The translations under genes were made by a program, and so were the position numbers. DNA of 64,000 bases. It comes from a virus. Shown piece after piece: positions 9,329 to 18,160 of this stretch. The stretch spans positions 1-64,000 of IMG/VR virus record IMGVR_UViG_3300013127_000002, one strand, 5' to 3'. Positions within the stretch are counted from its first letter, which is position 1, and each line of letters begins with the position of its first letter. The notes under the pieces are model-generated. The model was not told the origin of the DNA, ran no database searches, and was given only the letters and a program-made list of their open reading frames with translations.

Positions 9329-9769
9329 ATGACCGGAGCAGAAGTCTATATCATGGGAGAGAAGCACGGGTTACTCGGTAAAGTGCGCCATGATGGAGAT
9401 GACGTTGTGGAGTTCTTCAGCCCGGATAATCTCCGCAAGTTCTCGGAGGTCAAGGCAACGCCGCAGGATATCTGGAAGGCATACCGGGCGGAACGCAAGT
9501 TGCGCGGCTGGGAGGATTACCCCGAATCGGAGATAGACACCAAATACCCGGACGGGTTTGTGTTTCCGATTGAGGACTTTTACAGACACATATCTGATTC
9601 CTGTCCGGAAGATTGTTCGGAGTTCTTCCCCGTAATCACAGAGGGTCTTTTGGCCGAGCGCGACGAAGAGGATGGCCTGTTGTGCAGTTATTCCGATTAC
9701 GTTGCGTTCATTTATCAGAAGGACGGAAACTACGTGCTTCATGAGACGTCGTCATTCTACGATGAATAA
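9329..9769 (+). CDS. Hypothetical acidic protein (lower GC)
   Basis: AAGGAG RBS. Confidence 0.6.
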   Translation: MTGAEVYIMGEKHGLLGKVRHDGDDVVEFFSPDNLRKFSEVKATPQDIWKAYRAERKLRGWEDYPESEIDTKYPDGFVFPIEDFYRHISDSCPEDCSEFFPVITEGLLAERDEEDGLLCSYSDYVAFIYQKDGNYVLHETSSFYDE

Positions 9770-9828
9770 AGGTATGGTTGCACATGCATCTGGGGGGTCC
9801 CGGACGACCTCCGGGGCGAGGAGAAGAA

Positions 9829-10035
9829 ATGAAACGGCTTAGATGGTTTTGGCTCAGGCTAACGTGCCACCATAACGAATGGGAATACAGGCGCATTTAC
9901 GGTGACGAGATCAATATGCTCGGGCATCGTGTCGAGATGACGTGCAGGAAGTGCGGAAAGTCAAAATTGCGCCATCGTGTTCCAGAGGGTTGGTTTTATA
10001 TGCGCCGCCCTGCGGGGAGAGGAGGAGTGAGATGA
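9829..10035 (+). CDS. Small His/Cys protein (C-x-H...CxxCG)
   Basis: LTCHHNEW...CRKCGK; RBS lies in the repeat. Confidence 0.6.
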   Translation: MKRLRWFWLRLTCHHNEWEYRRIYGDEINMLGHRVEMTCRKCGKSKLRHRVPEGWFYMRRPAGRGGVR

Positions 10036-10340
10036 GTACGCAGCATGATTTGCGGGGCGCGGTGGCGATGGTCTGCCAGGCGTTGCGGCGACGGGCGGAG
10101 GAGTGTCCGGTGCTCGGGGACATGGCCAACGAACTGGAAGCCTCGGCCATGGAGACGCTGGGGGCGCTGACCGAGGCGCGGGAGGCGCAGGCCGAGTGCG
10201 AGCGGCTGCGGGCAGAAATCGAATCGCGTTACACCGTCGATGAGGTGGCAAGCTGGTTATTCGAATACCGTGGTTCGTATCGCAAAAAGACTTTACGCGC
10301 TTGGGTTGACGAGAAGCGCGCCGCCCTGCGGGGCGAGTAG
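10032..10340 (+). CDS. Hypothetical protein ending RAALRGE
   Basis: GGAGGAG RBS. Confidence 0.6.
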   Translation: MSTQHDLRGAVAMVCQALRRRAEECPVLGDMANELEASAMETLGALTEAREAQAECERLRAEIESRYTVDEVASWLFEYRGSYRKKTLRAWVDEKRAALRGE

Positions 10341-10349
10341 GAGGGGAAG

Positions 10350-10538
10350 ATGAGCGACCGAGAGACATACGGACCCGGCCCGACCGACTACGGGCGCAAG
10401 GTGGGGATGACCGAGATTGGGGAACTGCGGCTCACCCTGGCGGCGACACAGGCGCGGCTGGCCAAAGTCGAGCGGGAACGGGACGAGGCGCGGGCCGAGT
10501 GCGAGCGGCTGCGTGCCGCCCTGCGGGGCGAGGAGTAA
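10350..10538 (+). CDS. Hypothetical coiled-coil protein ending RAALRGEE
   Basis: Shares EAR..AECERLRA with the upstream gene. Confidence 0.6.
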   Translation: MSDRETYGPGPTDYGRKVGMTEIGELRLTLAATQARLAKVERERDEARAECERLRAALRGEE

Positions 10539-10540
10539 AC

Positions 10541-10765
10541 ATGTTATATGTCGCGATAGCTTGTGTAGGAGTAGTGACCGGATTCCTTTTAGGCGTCGGT
10601 CTGTCAAGGCTTGATCGTTTCATAAAGCGCGAAAAAAACGACTTTCAGCGCGGGGTGCTAGAAATACTCGTACAACGCAAGGACGGGTCGCGGCGATGGA
10701 TTGTGATCGATGTGGAGGAAACGGGAATGAGTACGGAATATTCCAAAGACACATTAGGTCTTTAA
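10541..10765 (+). CDS. Small membrane protein (lower GC)
   Basis: N-terminal TM helix. Confidence 0.55.
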   Translation: MLYVAIACVGVVTGFLLGVGLSRLDRFIKREKNDFQRGVLEILVQRKDGSRRWIVIDVEETGMSTEYSKDTLGL

Positions 10766-10776
10766 GGAGATCCCAA

Positions 10777-11154
10777 ATGGACCGATTTGTTGATCTGAAA
10801 AACGGAATCATCCGTGACACGAAGACTGGCCTGGAGTGGCAGGCCGAGCCACTCCAGCCTGCCCCTTGGCAAGAACAGATGGACGCGGCTGCGCGCCTGG
10901 ACCTCGGCGACCACACCGACTGGCGGTTGCCTACTGTTGAGGAGCTGGTTGCGTTGATCGACTACTCGAAGAGCAATCCGGCTTCTGAGTTCCCAAGGAT
11001 GCCGTCCGACTGGTTCTGGTCGTCGTCAGCGCGTGCCGCGTCCGCGTCCTACGCGTGGGGCGTGGCCTTCAGCTACGGCGGCGTGTACGACGACGGCAAG
11101 ACGCTCGGCAACTACGCCCGCTGTGTTCGCGGTGCCGCCCTCAGGGGCGAGTAG
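10777..11154 (+). CDS. DUF1566 / Lcl C-terminal (CLec-fold) domain protein
   Basis: RF.D..NG.I.D..TGL.WQ, DWRLPT.EEL, WSSS, AW.V.F..G, RCVR motifs. Confidence 0.88.
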   Translation: MDRFVDLKNGIIRDTKTGLEWQAEPLQPAPWQEQMDAAARLDLGDHTDWRLPTVEELVALIDYSKSNPASEFPRMPSDWFWSSSARAASASYAWGVAFSYGGVYDDGKTLGNYARCVRGAALRGE

Positions 11155-11169
11155 GAGGAGGAGGACGAG

Positions 11170-11367
11170 ATGAAAAAGATCGAAAGAGTCTACGGGCACA
11201 AAACCAAGTACGGGAAGTTCTACCACATTTTCACGACTGATCCCGGCGTCCTTTGCTGTCGAGATCTCGACGCGGACGACAGCAAGCGTAAATTGTGGAC
11301 GAAAATCCCTGCCGAGCAACGGTGCCGACAGTGCGATGCCGAAATGAAGAAAGAATACGGCGAGTAG
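11170..11367 (+). CDS. Small Cys-rich hypothetical protein
   Basis: RBS lies in the repeat; CRQC. Confidence 0.55.
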   Translation: MKKIERVYGHKTKYGKFYHIFTTDPGVLCCRDLDADDSKRKLWTKIPAEQRCRQCDAEMKKEYGE

Positions 11368-11375
11368 GAGGGGAC

Positions 11376-11666
11376 ATGAGCGGTAAACAGTGCAAAACCC
11401 CGGGGTGCGGGTCGCACGCGGTCAACCCGCACTTGCACGGGCGCGAGCCGGGCGCGGACCTCGACCTGTGCGACATCTGCTACTGGAGGACGAGGGCCGA
11501 GAAGCTGCTGGAGGAACGCGACATCGAAGCCGGCCTCGCGGAGCAGTTCCGCAAGGCACTGTACGTGATCGCCGACGGGGACGCGCAGACATGGCCGGGA
11601 TGTTCATCCCGCCGGGTTGCTGCGCTCGCGCTCGGGAGAGCGGAAGACGATATCAACCGGGGATGA
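11376..11666 (+). CDS. Zn-binding hypothetical phage protein
   Basis: CxxPGCGSHA...CDICYW. Confidence 0.6.
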   Translation: MSGKQCKTPGCGSHAVNPHLHGREPGADLDLCDICYWRTRAEKLLEERDIEAGLAEQFRKALYVIADGDAQTWPGCSSRRVAALALGRAEDDINRG

Positions 11667-11706
11667 ACACCAGGATGAAACCGCCTGAGAAAGGAGCAAG
11701 AAGAAG

Positions 11707-12108
11707 ATGACCGAGGAAGATGACAACGCCAACGGTAACGACAACGCCAACAACATCTACGGCAACGATGACGACGCCCTCGCACAGAAGCTGGGAACCG
11801 TGCGAACGGTGAACATCAAGCACACCGTCACCGGGGAGACCGCGGTGCGGGAGGAGATCCACATCGAGGGGTATCCGTCTGGGGCCACGACTACGCTCAT
11901 GGTCGACATGACGACGGCGTTCGTCTCGATCCTGTGCCAGCACACCCCGCGGGGGGAGGCCACGCGGGCTCTCCTCGGGTCGTTCATGCCCGCGGCCCTG
12001 CGGGAAATCGAGAACTACGAGAAGAGAAACCACATCGAGCCGGAGGCGAACAACCTCCTCAGCTCGCTCATGACCCAGATGGCAATGGGGCGGCGAAACG
12101 AGAGCTGA
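11707..12108 (+). CDS. Hypothetical protein (paralog of 2881/3305 genes; N/D-rich N-terminus)
   Basis: AAGGAG RBS; IHIEGY...DMTT. Confidence 0.6.
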   Translation: MTEEDDNANGNDNANNIYGNDDDALAQKLGTVRTVNIKHTVTGETAVREEIHIEGYPSGATTTLMVDMTTAFVSILCQHTPRGEATRALLGSFMPAALREIENYEKRNHIEPEANNLLSSLMTQMAMGRRNES

Positions 12109-12156
12109 CACCGGCGTCACCGGGTTTAGCGGGAAACGAAGGTACGGGATTTTCAT

Positions 12157-12193
12157 GGTCCGGACTACATATCGTAGGCCGGGCCCTTTTTTT
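12157..12193 (+). terminator. Rho-independent terminator closing the early gene block
   Basis: GGTCCGGACTAC/GTAGGCCGGGCC stem followed by T7. Confidence 0.75.
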
Positions 12194-13440
12194 ATGTCTT
12201 CGACATGATTGAGGAAACAGTAAAATAAAAAGTCTCAGAATGTAGGCAAGGTATACAAAGGTGCGTATACGGTGTCGGTATCTGTGCGGGGAGGGGGGAG
12301 AAGGTATGGAGTAGGCGGGGATACACACACAAAAAAAGATGACAAATATCAGTTTTTGTCCTTGTTTTACTCCACATGTAAATCCAGCGTGAGTGAACGG
12401 AGGACGGAAATTACACCCCGGATTTAGTGTAAAAACAATAACGGTGTTCTGATGGAAAGAGTAAGTGGTCGAGGTGATTGAGGAAGCAGGAGAAATAAAA
12501 GTAGTAGGACCAAAAACAGAGATGAAAAAGCGAGGTAAAATCGGAAAAAGAGAGTTGATACGCTAAGTGCTGGTTTTTTCTCTGAAAAGGTTGATGGCAT
12601 GCGCTAGCACGTAACCCTGCGTTCGTCGTTAAGATTCTTTAATGTTTAAGAGTTACGCGGCTTTACTGTTACGCCGGTGCTGTCACATTGATCTAGATTG
12701 TAATAAAAAACAAGGGCATACGATATCAAGCTATCTTACTTACTTACTTACTCTTTTTATAAAAGAAGAGAGAAGATATAGGGAGAATGGGGGGAAAGGG
12801 CATAGGGGGGTATTAGATTTGTTCTAGGGGCATGGGGGAGAGATCGTAAGACGATAATACCAAAACCCGTAACCTCTTGATATTATTGGTGTCGTTAGAT
12901 GTAGTATATAGTAGGTACGAAGTGAAATGAAGAAAAAAGTGTATTACCCCCCCTAGCACTTATCCTGGCGCTTCGGAGCTGATTGGACGGGGTTTCTAAA
13001 AGATGAACGATTCCGCTGGCGTGTAATTCATCGTGCGACCGTTTTGATTTAGTACAATCCAGATGAGTGTGACAAATTCTTACGCCAAAGGTTTGCGTTA
13101 TTTTCAATGGTTTCAAGGTAGTTACCGGCAACCGGGCCTCTTCAGGGTCTTCAGAAAACGCCGTGACGCCGTGACGCCGGTGGAATCGCCTGTGCTGTGA
13201 CGCTGGTGCGAGGCGGGCTGTTTCCTTAATGATATCGCACCTTTCTTTTGGTATATATAATGGCTATGGGAATGAGTATTTGTAAGGTTTCCGAAAAACC
13301 CAATAGTTATCTGCGAGACCCGATTTTTCCCTGCTTTTTCATCTCTGTATTTGTGGCTGTAACTTTTAATTTGTTTTCGAGTTGTTGACTTTCGCATACT
13401 TAAGTGCTATAGGGGGTAATGTAATATTTGTGCGCACAAT
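12194..13440. other. AT-rich non-coding region, candidate replication origin or genome terminus/packaging region
   Basis: About 1.25 kb without credible ORFs, sharp GC drop, 22-bp inverted repeat (12681-12702 / 13053-13074), TTAC tandem repeat (12735-12752), GTGACGCCG repeats. Confidence 0.55.
13385..13413 (+). promoter_or_regulatory. Sigma70-like promoter
   Basis: TTGACT-17 bp-TATAGG with TG at the extended -10 position, upstream of the AAGGAG RBS of the 13466 gene. Confidence 0.55.
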
Positions 13441-13465
13441 GTAAGAAGCATCGTAAGGAGAAATC

Positions 13466-15415
13466 ATGACACGAAATGAATTCCGAAGTATGGTCGTATC
13501 GGGCACCGTGACGGCCGCCCAAACCCGGGAATTGATGGTCGACGTCGTGACGGGGATCACCCGCATGGTGGAGTCGAGGGCTGCCGCAGACCTTACGAAG
13601 ACCTTGAGGATGGCGCACCCTCAGAAGGGCACCATCACACGCGACGAGGCCGAGACCCGGTTCACGGGGCAGCTCATTGAAGCCGGCGGCATCGGGTTCT
13701 TTGCGCGGGGCAAGCGCAACTACCAGGTGGTCCTCCACTGGCCGTCCATCTTCAAGGAAGGACTGACACATCCGCGGGCGGTGCAGACACGGATGGTGTG
13801 GGCGTTTCAGGCGCTCGTGCGGCGGCGCTCACCTCTGCTCTTCAGTCTTTTACGGCGTAAACTGATCACCGAGAATGCAATGTTCGATCTCGGGGACGAC
13901 AAGGCTGATGGTGAATTCCAGGAAGAGGCGCTGAAGGCGGTCATCCCCGTCAACTACGACGAGATGGTTCTCTATGAGGGGTTGGTGAACCAGTTCAGCC
14001 AGATACCTGATCTCGGACGTGTGGCGGGCAAGGCGCTGGCTCGCACGCTTGAGAGCGTGGGCCTGCCCATGCGGAACCAGTACAACGTGCTGAGCGCGTG
14101 GAAGCACGTGCTCCCTCCCATCCCCAAGGGACCTTCGCTCTTTCATGCCAGCACGCTGGTCCCCCGGGCGAAGCTGGCGCTGTTCCGTGAGATTCTTCAG
14201 GCCGGCAAGGAAATCTCTCCGCCGGACATTGTCGTGGACACGTTCGGATTCGGAACTGCGAAGTACAGTCCCGAGATGTACGACGTATTGACGATTCCGC
14301 ACTACGCACTCCCGGATGGCAAGCTTGGTGTGTGCCGGCGTACCCGTACAGTAGATGGCGCGGAGGTACGCTACATCATCATGAACTTCCCGCTTCTCGT
14401 CGAACAGATGAAGCGGGAGGACCTGTTCACCTGGGTGGGGAAGCAGTCGCGCGGCTACTTTCAGCATCACCCGGAGATGTCTTTCATCGAACATGTGCGA
14501 GCGCTTTGGACAGCGCAGTACCCGCTGCTCGTTCGCAAGAGCGCCGCGGACTTCGACGTTGACCGCATATGGCCGAATGTAGATCCCAGTACTGTCTTTG
14601 CCGTTCCTGTTTCGACCTTCGAGCACTACCGGCAAGTCGCACGGAAGATGGAGGCTGTACGGAAAAAGAACAAGAAGAAGATGCTGCCCAAGCGGCGGAG
14701 CCCTTCTTTCAAGGGGATTGTTCAGCTGATGCTCGGCCCCATTATGGAAGCGGGCGGGGCGGTCTTTGCCGTCCGTGCGGTCTTCCGGGAAGGAGAGGTG
14801 TACTTCTCCCCTGCTTGGGAAGCGGACTTCGATGACGCCTTCTTTGCTCCGCGGAATTACGTAGACGCAGGGGACAAGCTGCACGACGGCACCATAAGGA
14901 ACGAAGCTACCGGTGAGTACTACTACACGATCTCGCGGTACGCTAAGTTCGAAGGTACCCCGGTCAGTCAGTACACAGAGTTGAAGGTGCAACTGAAGAA
15001 CTACTTCGACGGGATGACCAAGCACCAGTTTCAGTACATGCACCGGTCGTTGAAGATGAGTCCGGCGAGAGAAGGATTCGTTCCTTATGGAGCGCAGAGC
15101 CGCAAGTTCGGGAAGATCAAATTCTTCAGTGTTCAAGAAGACCATATCATCACGCACTACCTGCGTCCGGGCAACATTACCGCCGTTGTGGCGGATATCC
15201 AGGAGATCGACCCGCTGAAAACACGAGCGGATATCATCTACCGTGCGCACCAGCTCCGGGAGATACTCATCGGAGACGGACAGTACGAACTCAACAGCTT
15301 GCCACACGTGAACTACAGTTCTATTCTTGGTAAAAGATTAAGTGACCTGAAGACCCGCAAGGAAAGGGAAGAAAGTGAAAAAGCCCAACAGACATCTCAA
15401 AGTGACGATCTCTGA
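13466..15415 (+). CDS. Large hypothetical protein (649 aa)
   Basis: AAGGAG RBS, long ORF, no recognised motif. Confidence 0.75.
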   Translation: MTRNEFRSMVVSGTVTAAQTRELMVDVVTGITRMVESRAAADLTKTLRMAHPQKGTITRDEAETRFTGQLIEAGGIGFFARGKRNYQVVLHWPSIFKEGLTHPRAVQTRMVWAFQALVRRRSPLLFSLLRRKLITENAMFDLGDDKADGEFQEEALKAVIPVNYDEMVLYEGLVNQFSQIPDLGRVAGKALARTLESVGLPMRNQYNVLSAWKHVLPPIPKGPSLFHASTLVPRAKLALFREILQAGKEISPPDIVVDTFGFGTAKYSPEMYDVLTIPHYALPDGKLGVCRRTRTVDGAEVRYIIMNFPLLVEQMKREDLFTWVGKQSRGYFQHHPEMSFIEHVRALWTAQYPLLVRKSAADFDVDRIWPNVDPSTVFAVPVSTFEHYRQVARKMEAVRKKNKKKMLPKRRSPSFKGIVQLMLGPIMEAGGAVFAVRAVFREGEVYFSPAWEADFDDAFFAPRNYVDAGDKLHDGTIRNEATGEYYYTISRYAKFEGTPVSQYTELKVQLKNYFDGMTKHQFQYMHRSLKMSPAREGFVPYGAQSRKFGKIKFFSVQEDHIITHYLRPGNITAVVADIQEIDPLKTRADIIYRAHQLREILIGDGQYELNSLPHVNYSSILGKRLSDLKTRKEREESEKAQQTSQSDDL

Positions 15416-15881
15416 AGTGGTGACGCCGGCGCCTGATCCCGACGACGAAACAGAGGACAACCCCAATTTCAGGGGCGTGATCAACATGCCCACGAAGTTG
15501 GAGGTCGCGTACGTGAGAAAGCTGAAGGGCGGTCCACGGTGCGCAGACCCGCTGCATCCGGTCTACGTTGATAGCCTGGTAGAGGCGTTGGCGTACATGA
15601 TCTCTCTTACAGTTGAAAATCCGCAGGATGTTCCTATCCTCGCCAACATGGTATTCGGTCACCTATCCAAGAGAGTCCAGACGTATTCCGGCGCCCGCTT
15701 TCCGGACATGTACGCGAAGCTCCTGGAGCAGACGTCTTCGATGCACAAAGATCCCGGCAAGCTCATGGAACGCAAGCAGGCGTTTGCTGAGCACTTCACC
15801 ATGCAGCTGAACGGCTACGAGAAGCCGTGTGCTGCGTGCAACCAGTCATGCGAATTCAAGAGTGAGTTCGACAAGGAGTGA
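15375..15881 (+). CDS. Hypothetical protein with C-terminal Cys cluster
   Basis: ORF; CAACNQSC. Confidence 0.6.
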   Translation: MKKPNRHLKVTISEVVTPAPDPDDETEDNPNFRGVINMPTKLEVAYVRKLKGGPRCADPLHPVYVDSLVEALAYMISLTVENPQDVPILANMVFGHLSKRVQTYSGARFPDMYAKLLEQTSSMHKDPGKLMERKQAFAEHFTMQLNGYEKPCAACNQSCEFKSEFDKE

Positions 15882-15887
15882 AAGAGA

Positions 15888-16112
15888 ATGGGAATGGAGA
15901 TCCGTCCGCTCGATCTTCTGGAGTTCGATGAAGATGTTCCGGCCCCGGAGCCGACGTCGACTCCAAGTACGTCCTTTTCCCCTTTGGGGGTGCTCATCGG
16001 TGCCGCGCTGTCGCGTCTGATGAAAGAGGAGGAGCGTCCTGCTTTGCCTAATATTCGTATCGAGCTGCCCGCGGGTGTCAAAAAGTTCGAGATCCGCATT
16101 CGCTACCGTTAG
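15888..16112 (+). CDS. Hypothetical protein
   Basis: AAGGAG RBS. Confidence 0.55.
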   Translation: MGMEIRPLDLLEFDEDVPAPEPTSTPSTSFSPLGVLIGAALSRLMKEEERPALPNIRIELPAGVKKFEIRIRYR

Positions 16113-16124
16113 GGAGTAAACAAC

Positions 16125-16370
16125 ATGCACGAAGAGTCCGCGGTGATCCCGATTCTCTGTCCCATGTTCTACAAGGGCGAGCGCTGCAACGGCGTTCTCA
16201 ATCGCAAGAGTATCTTCCATACGGACATGGCTACGCATCAGGGAGTCGACCTGAACCACATCACGGAAACGTTTGTTTGCGCGACCTGCAAGGCAACAGT
16301 GTATCGCGCTTACCAGTGGCGAGTGCCTCCGGAGGCACCAGCGTCACAGAGCAACAGCGAGAAGGAGTGA
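16125..16370 (+). CDS. Zinc-ribbon protein
   Basis: CP...C...CxxC; GGGAG RBS. Confidence 0.6.
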   Translation: MHEESAVIPILCPMFYKGERCNGVLNRKSIFHTDMATHQGVDLNHITETFVCATCKATVYRAYQWRVPPEAPASQSNSEKE

Positions 16371-16377
16371 CCGCGCG

Positions 16378-16569
16378 ATGGCAAGCAACACCAGGAGAAT
16401 AGTCCGCGACCACATCAAGCCCTACACCGGTGCCACCGTGTTTGCGGGGCAGATGCAAGAGCTCGGATGGAACATCATCAAGTTGGAGCGCAATGACCCT
16501 GTGGTGAGAGTCTTCTACGAGAAGGAGTTTCAAGATGGAGATGCCCGAATGGCTGACGAAAGCCGATGA
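16378..16569 (+). CDS. Hypothetical protein
   Basis: AAGGAG RBS. Confidence 0.55.
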   Translation: MASNTRRIVRDHIKPYTGATVFAGQMQELGWNIIKLERNDPVVRVFYEKEFQDGDARMADESR

Positions 16570-16741
16570 GCTTGCCAAGTCCCACGACCCTCTTCCGAAG
16601 AACAAGCTGTACCCGCTGAAGAAACTGCACAGGAATCTGGAAGCGTATCAGGAGCTCCTCATCGAGCTCATCACAACCGTGAGAGCGATCAAGGTCGCGA
16701 TCGCGAAGAAGATCAAAACGATGGAACGTTATGGCTACTAG
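16541..16741 (+). CDS. Hypothetical helical protein
   Basis: Packed ORF. Confidence 0.5.
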   Translation: MPEWLTKADELAKSHDPLPKNKLYPLKKLHRNLEAYQELLIELITTVRAIKVAIAKKIKTMERYGY

Positions 16742-17480
16742 CCTGAAGACGGCCGCCGAGCAGGCCCGGGCGCTGAAGGAGCGCTCGGGTCTGACCGTGA
16801 TGGAAACCGTCTACGTAGAAATCCGCGCAGCGGAAGGTGGCGACGACGCGAAGCTCCTCGTTCGGGAGATGGCGACGATCTACGCCACGCTCGCAAAGAA
16901 ACACGGTCTCGAAGGAGACATCATTGATGACAGACCTGGGCAGATGGTGCTGGAGTTCTACGGCACCAACGCTCAGGTCTTATTTAGCCGTGAGTCCGGG
17001 GGTCACCGGTGGCAGCGTATCCCCCCTACGGAGAAGCGCGGCCGTGTCCACACATCTACCGTCACCGTTGCTGTAATGTCCCCGCCGCCGGAGCTGCCGA
17101 CGCTCAACCTGGCACACATCCATGAAGAACTCTACCGCAAGGCTGCGGGCAATGGCGGTCAGAACAACAACAAGGTGGCGACGGCTTGCCGCCTTACGCA
17201 CATACCGAGCGGTCTTCGCGTAGAGTGCTGCTCGGAGCGCTCACAGAAAACGAACCGTGACCGGGCGATGAATCTGCTCATCTCCAAGCTGTATACGCTG
17301 CACCAATCCAAGATAGACAATGAGAGAGCCGGCGACCGCAAGGCGCAAGTAGGTAGCGGCATGCGGGGCGACAAAATACGCACGTACAGGGTACAAGATG
17401 ATAGAGCGACCGATCATCGAACAAACAAGAAGACCTCGCTGGAGAAAGTCATGCGAGGAGGATTGGAGGCGTTGTTCTAA
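16731..17480 (+). CDS. Class-I peptide chain release factor, RF1-type, lacking N-terminal domain 1
   Basis: EIRAAEGG.DA, E.G.HR.QRIPPTE.RGRVHTST (PxT), GGQ, SQ..NR..A, KIRTY, DHR. Confidence 0.9.
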   Translation: MATSLKTAAEQARALKERSGLTVMETVYVEIRAAEGGDDAKLLVREMATIYATLAKKHGLEGDIIDDRPGQMVLEFYGTNAQVLFSRESGGHRWQRIPPTEKRGRVHTSTVTVAVMSPPPELPTLNLAHIHEELYRKAAGNGGQNNNKVATACRLTHIPSGLRVECCSERSQKTNRDRAMNLLISKLYTLHQSKIDNERAGDRKAQVGSGMRGDKIRTYRVQDDRATDHRTNKKTSLEKVMRGGLEALF

Positions 17481-17725
17481 TGAAGTATCGCAAGAAGCCC
17501 GTTGTCATCGAGGCCGTTCAGTTCACAGGGAAAAACGATGCTGAAGTCATGGCGTTCTGCCCGACCGCGCGTGACCCGGTGGACAAGAAGCCGAACCTCA
17601 TCATCCCGACGCTGGAAGGCGAGCATCTGTGCTCCGTGGGCGACTGGATCATCAAGGGAGTGAAGGGTGAGTTCTATCCGTGCAAGCCCGACATCTTCGA
17701 AGCCACGTACGAGAGGGCGGAATGA
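17480..17725 (+). CDS. Conserved phage protein (KKPV..EA...TLEG...GDWIIKG.KGEFYPCKPDIF family)
   Basis: Widespread phage motif. Confidence 0.8.
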   Translation: MKYRKKPVVIEAVQFTGKNDAEVMAFCPTARDPVDKKPNLIIPTLEGEHLCSVGDWIIKGVKGEFYPCKPDIFEATYERAE

Positions 17726-17866
17726 AGCGCCTTGTTCTAGTGCTCGTAGGCTGGCCGTGCTCTCTGCATGAGTGCCCGTCCGAGTTCTTCCTGTTCAATC
17801 CGGAGCAGTGCTCGCGGCGTCCTATCGCCGATGGGCTATCACACTGAGGAAGGAGGCAAGCGGAGA

Positions 17867-18160
17867 ATGAAAACGAAGAAAAAGAAAACGCCGCAGGAGA
17901 AGCCGGTCGAGTCGACGATCCGAGTGGACTTCGTCCAAGCCGCCGGTACGGCTATCCCGCTCTGCTGGATACCCGCTCCCGACGTAAAGGCGCTCATCAA
18001 GTTTCTTACCACGCATGCGCCGTTGATAGACCAGGACCGCGTTGTCCGGGCGCAGTACTACGCTGTTGCGGACGTACTCGGCCAGTACGTGCGTGAAGCG
18101 GAAGCGCGCAATGACAAGTCCGAAACGCGGGGGTTCACTTACCCAGACAAGGACAAGTAG
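17867..18160 (+). CDS. Hypothetical protein
   Basis: GGAG RBS. Confidence 0.55.
   Translation: MKTKKKKTPQEKPVESTIRVDFVQAAGTAIPLCWIPAPDVKALIKFLTTHAPLIDQDRVVRAQYYAVADVLGQYVREAEARNDKSETRGFTYPDKDK

Larger units (their letters stand above)
9808..11374 (+). repeat. Dispersed gene-junction repeat GCCGCCCT(G/C)(C/A)GGGGCGAG(TAG)GAGG, about 6 copies
   Basis: Copies at ~9808 (degenerate), 10002, 10318, 10512, 11131 and 11358 (partial); each carries the RBS of the next gene, usually with a stop. Confidence 0.85.

Noticed and set aside
9808-11374. CRISPR array or attC integron
   Set aside because: Spacing is gene-sized and irregular, repeats are not palindromic attC-like, and no cas or integrase gene is present
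11716-11780. AAC-rich stretch as a DGR template repeat
   Set aside because: No similarity to the DUF1566 3' region; it simply encodes an N/D-rich N-terminus
12192-13397. Short ORFs within the AT-rich region
   Set aside because: Atypical composition, no RBS, and low-complexity translations
13850-15307. Long antisense ORFs (e.g. 13850-15307, 738-1826, 4470-5618, 59857-61074)
   Set aside because: Shadows of GC3-biased sense genes; no RBS or protein-like motifs
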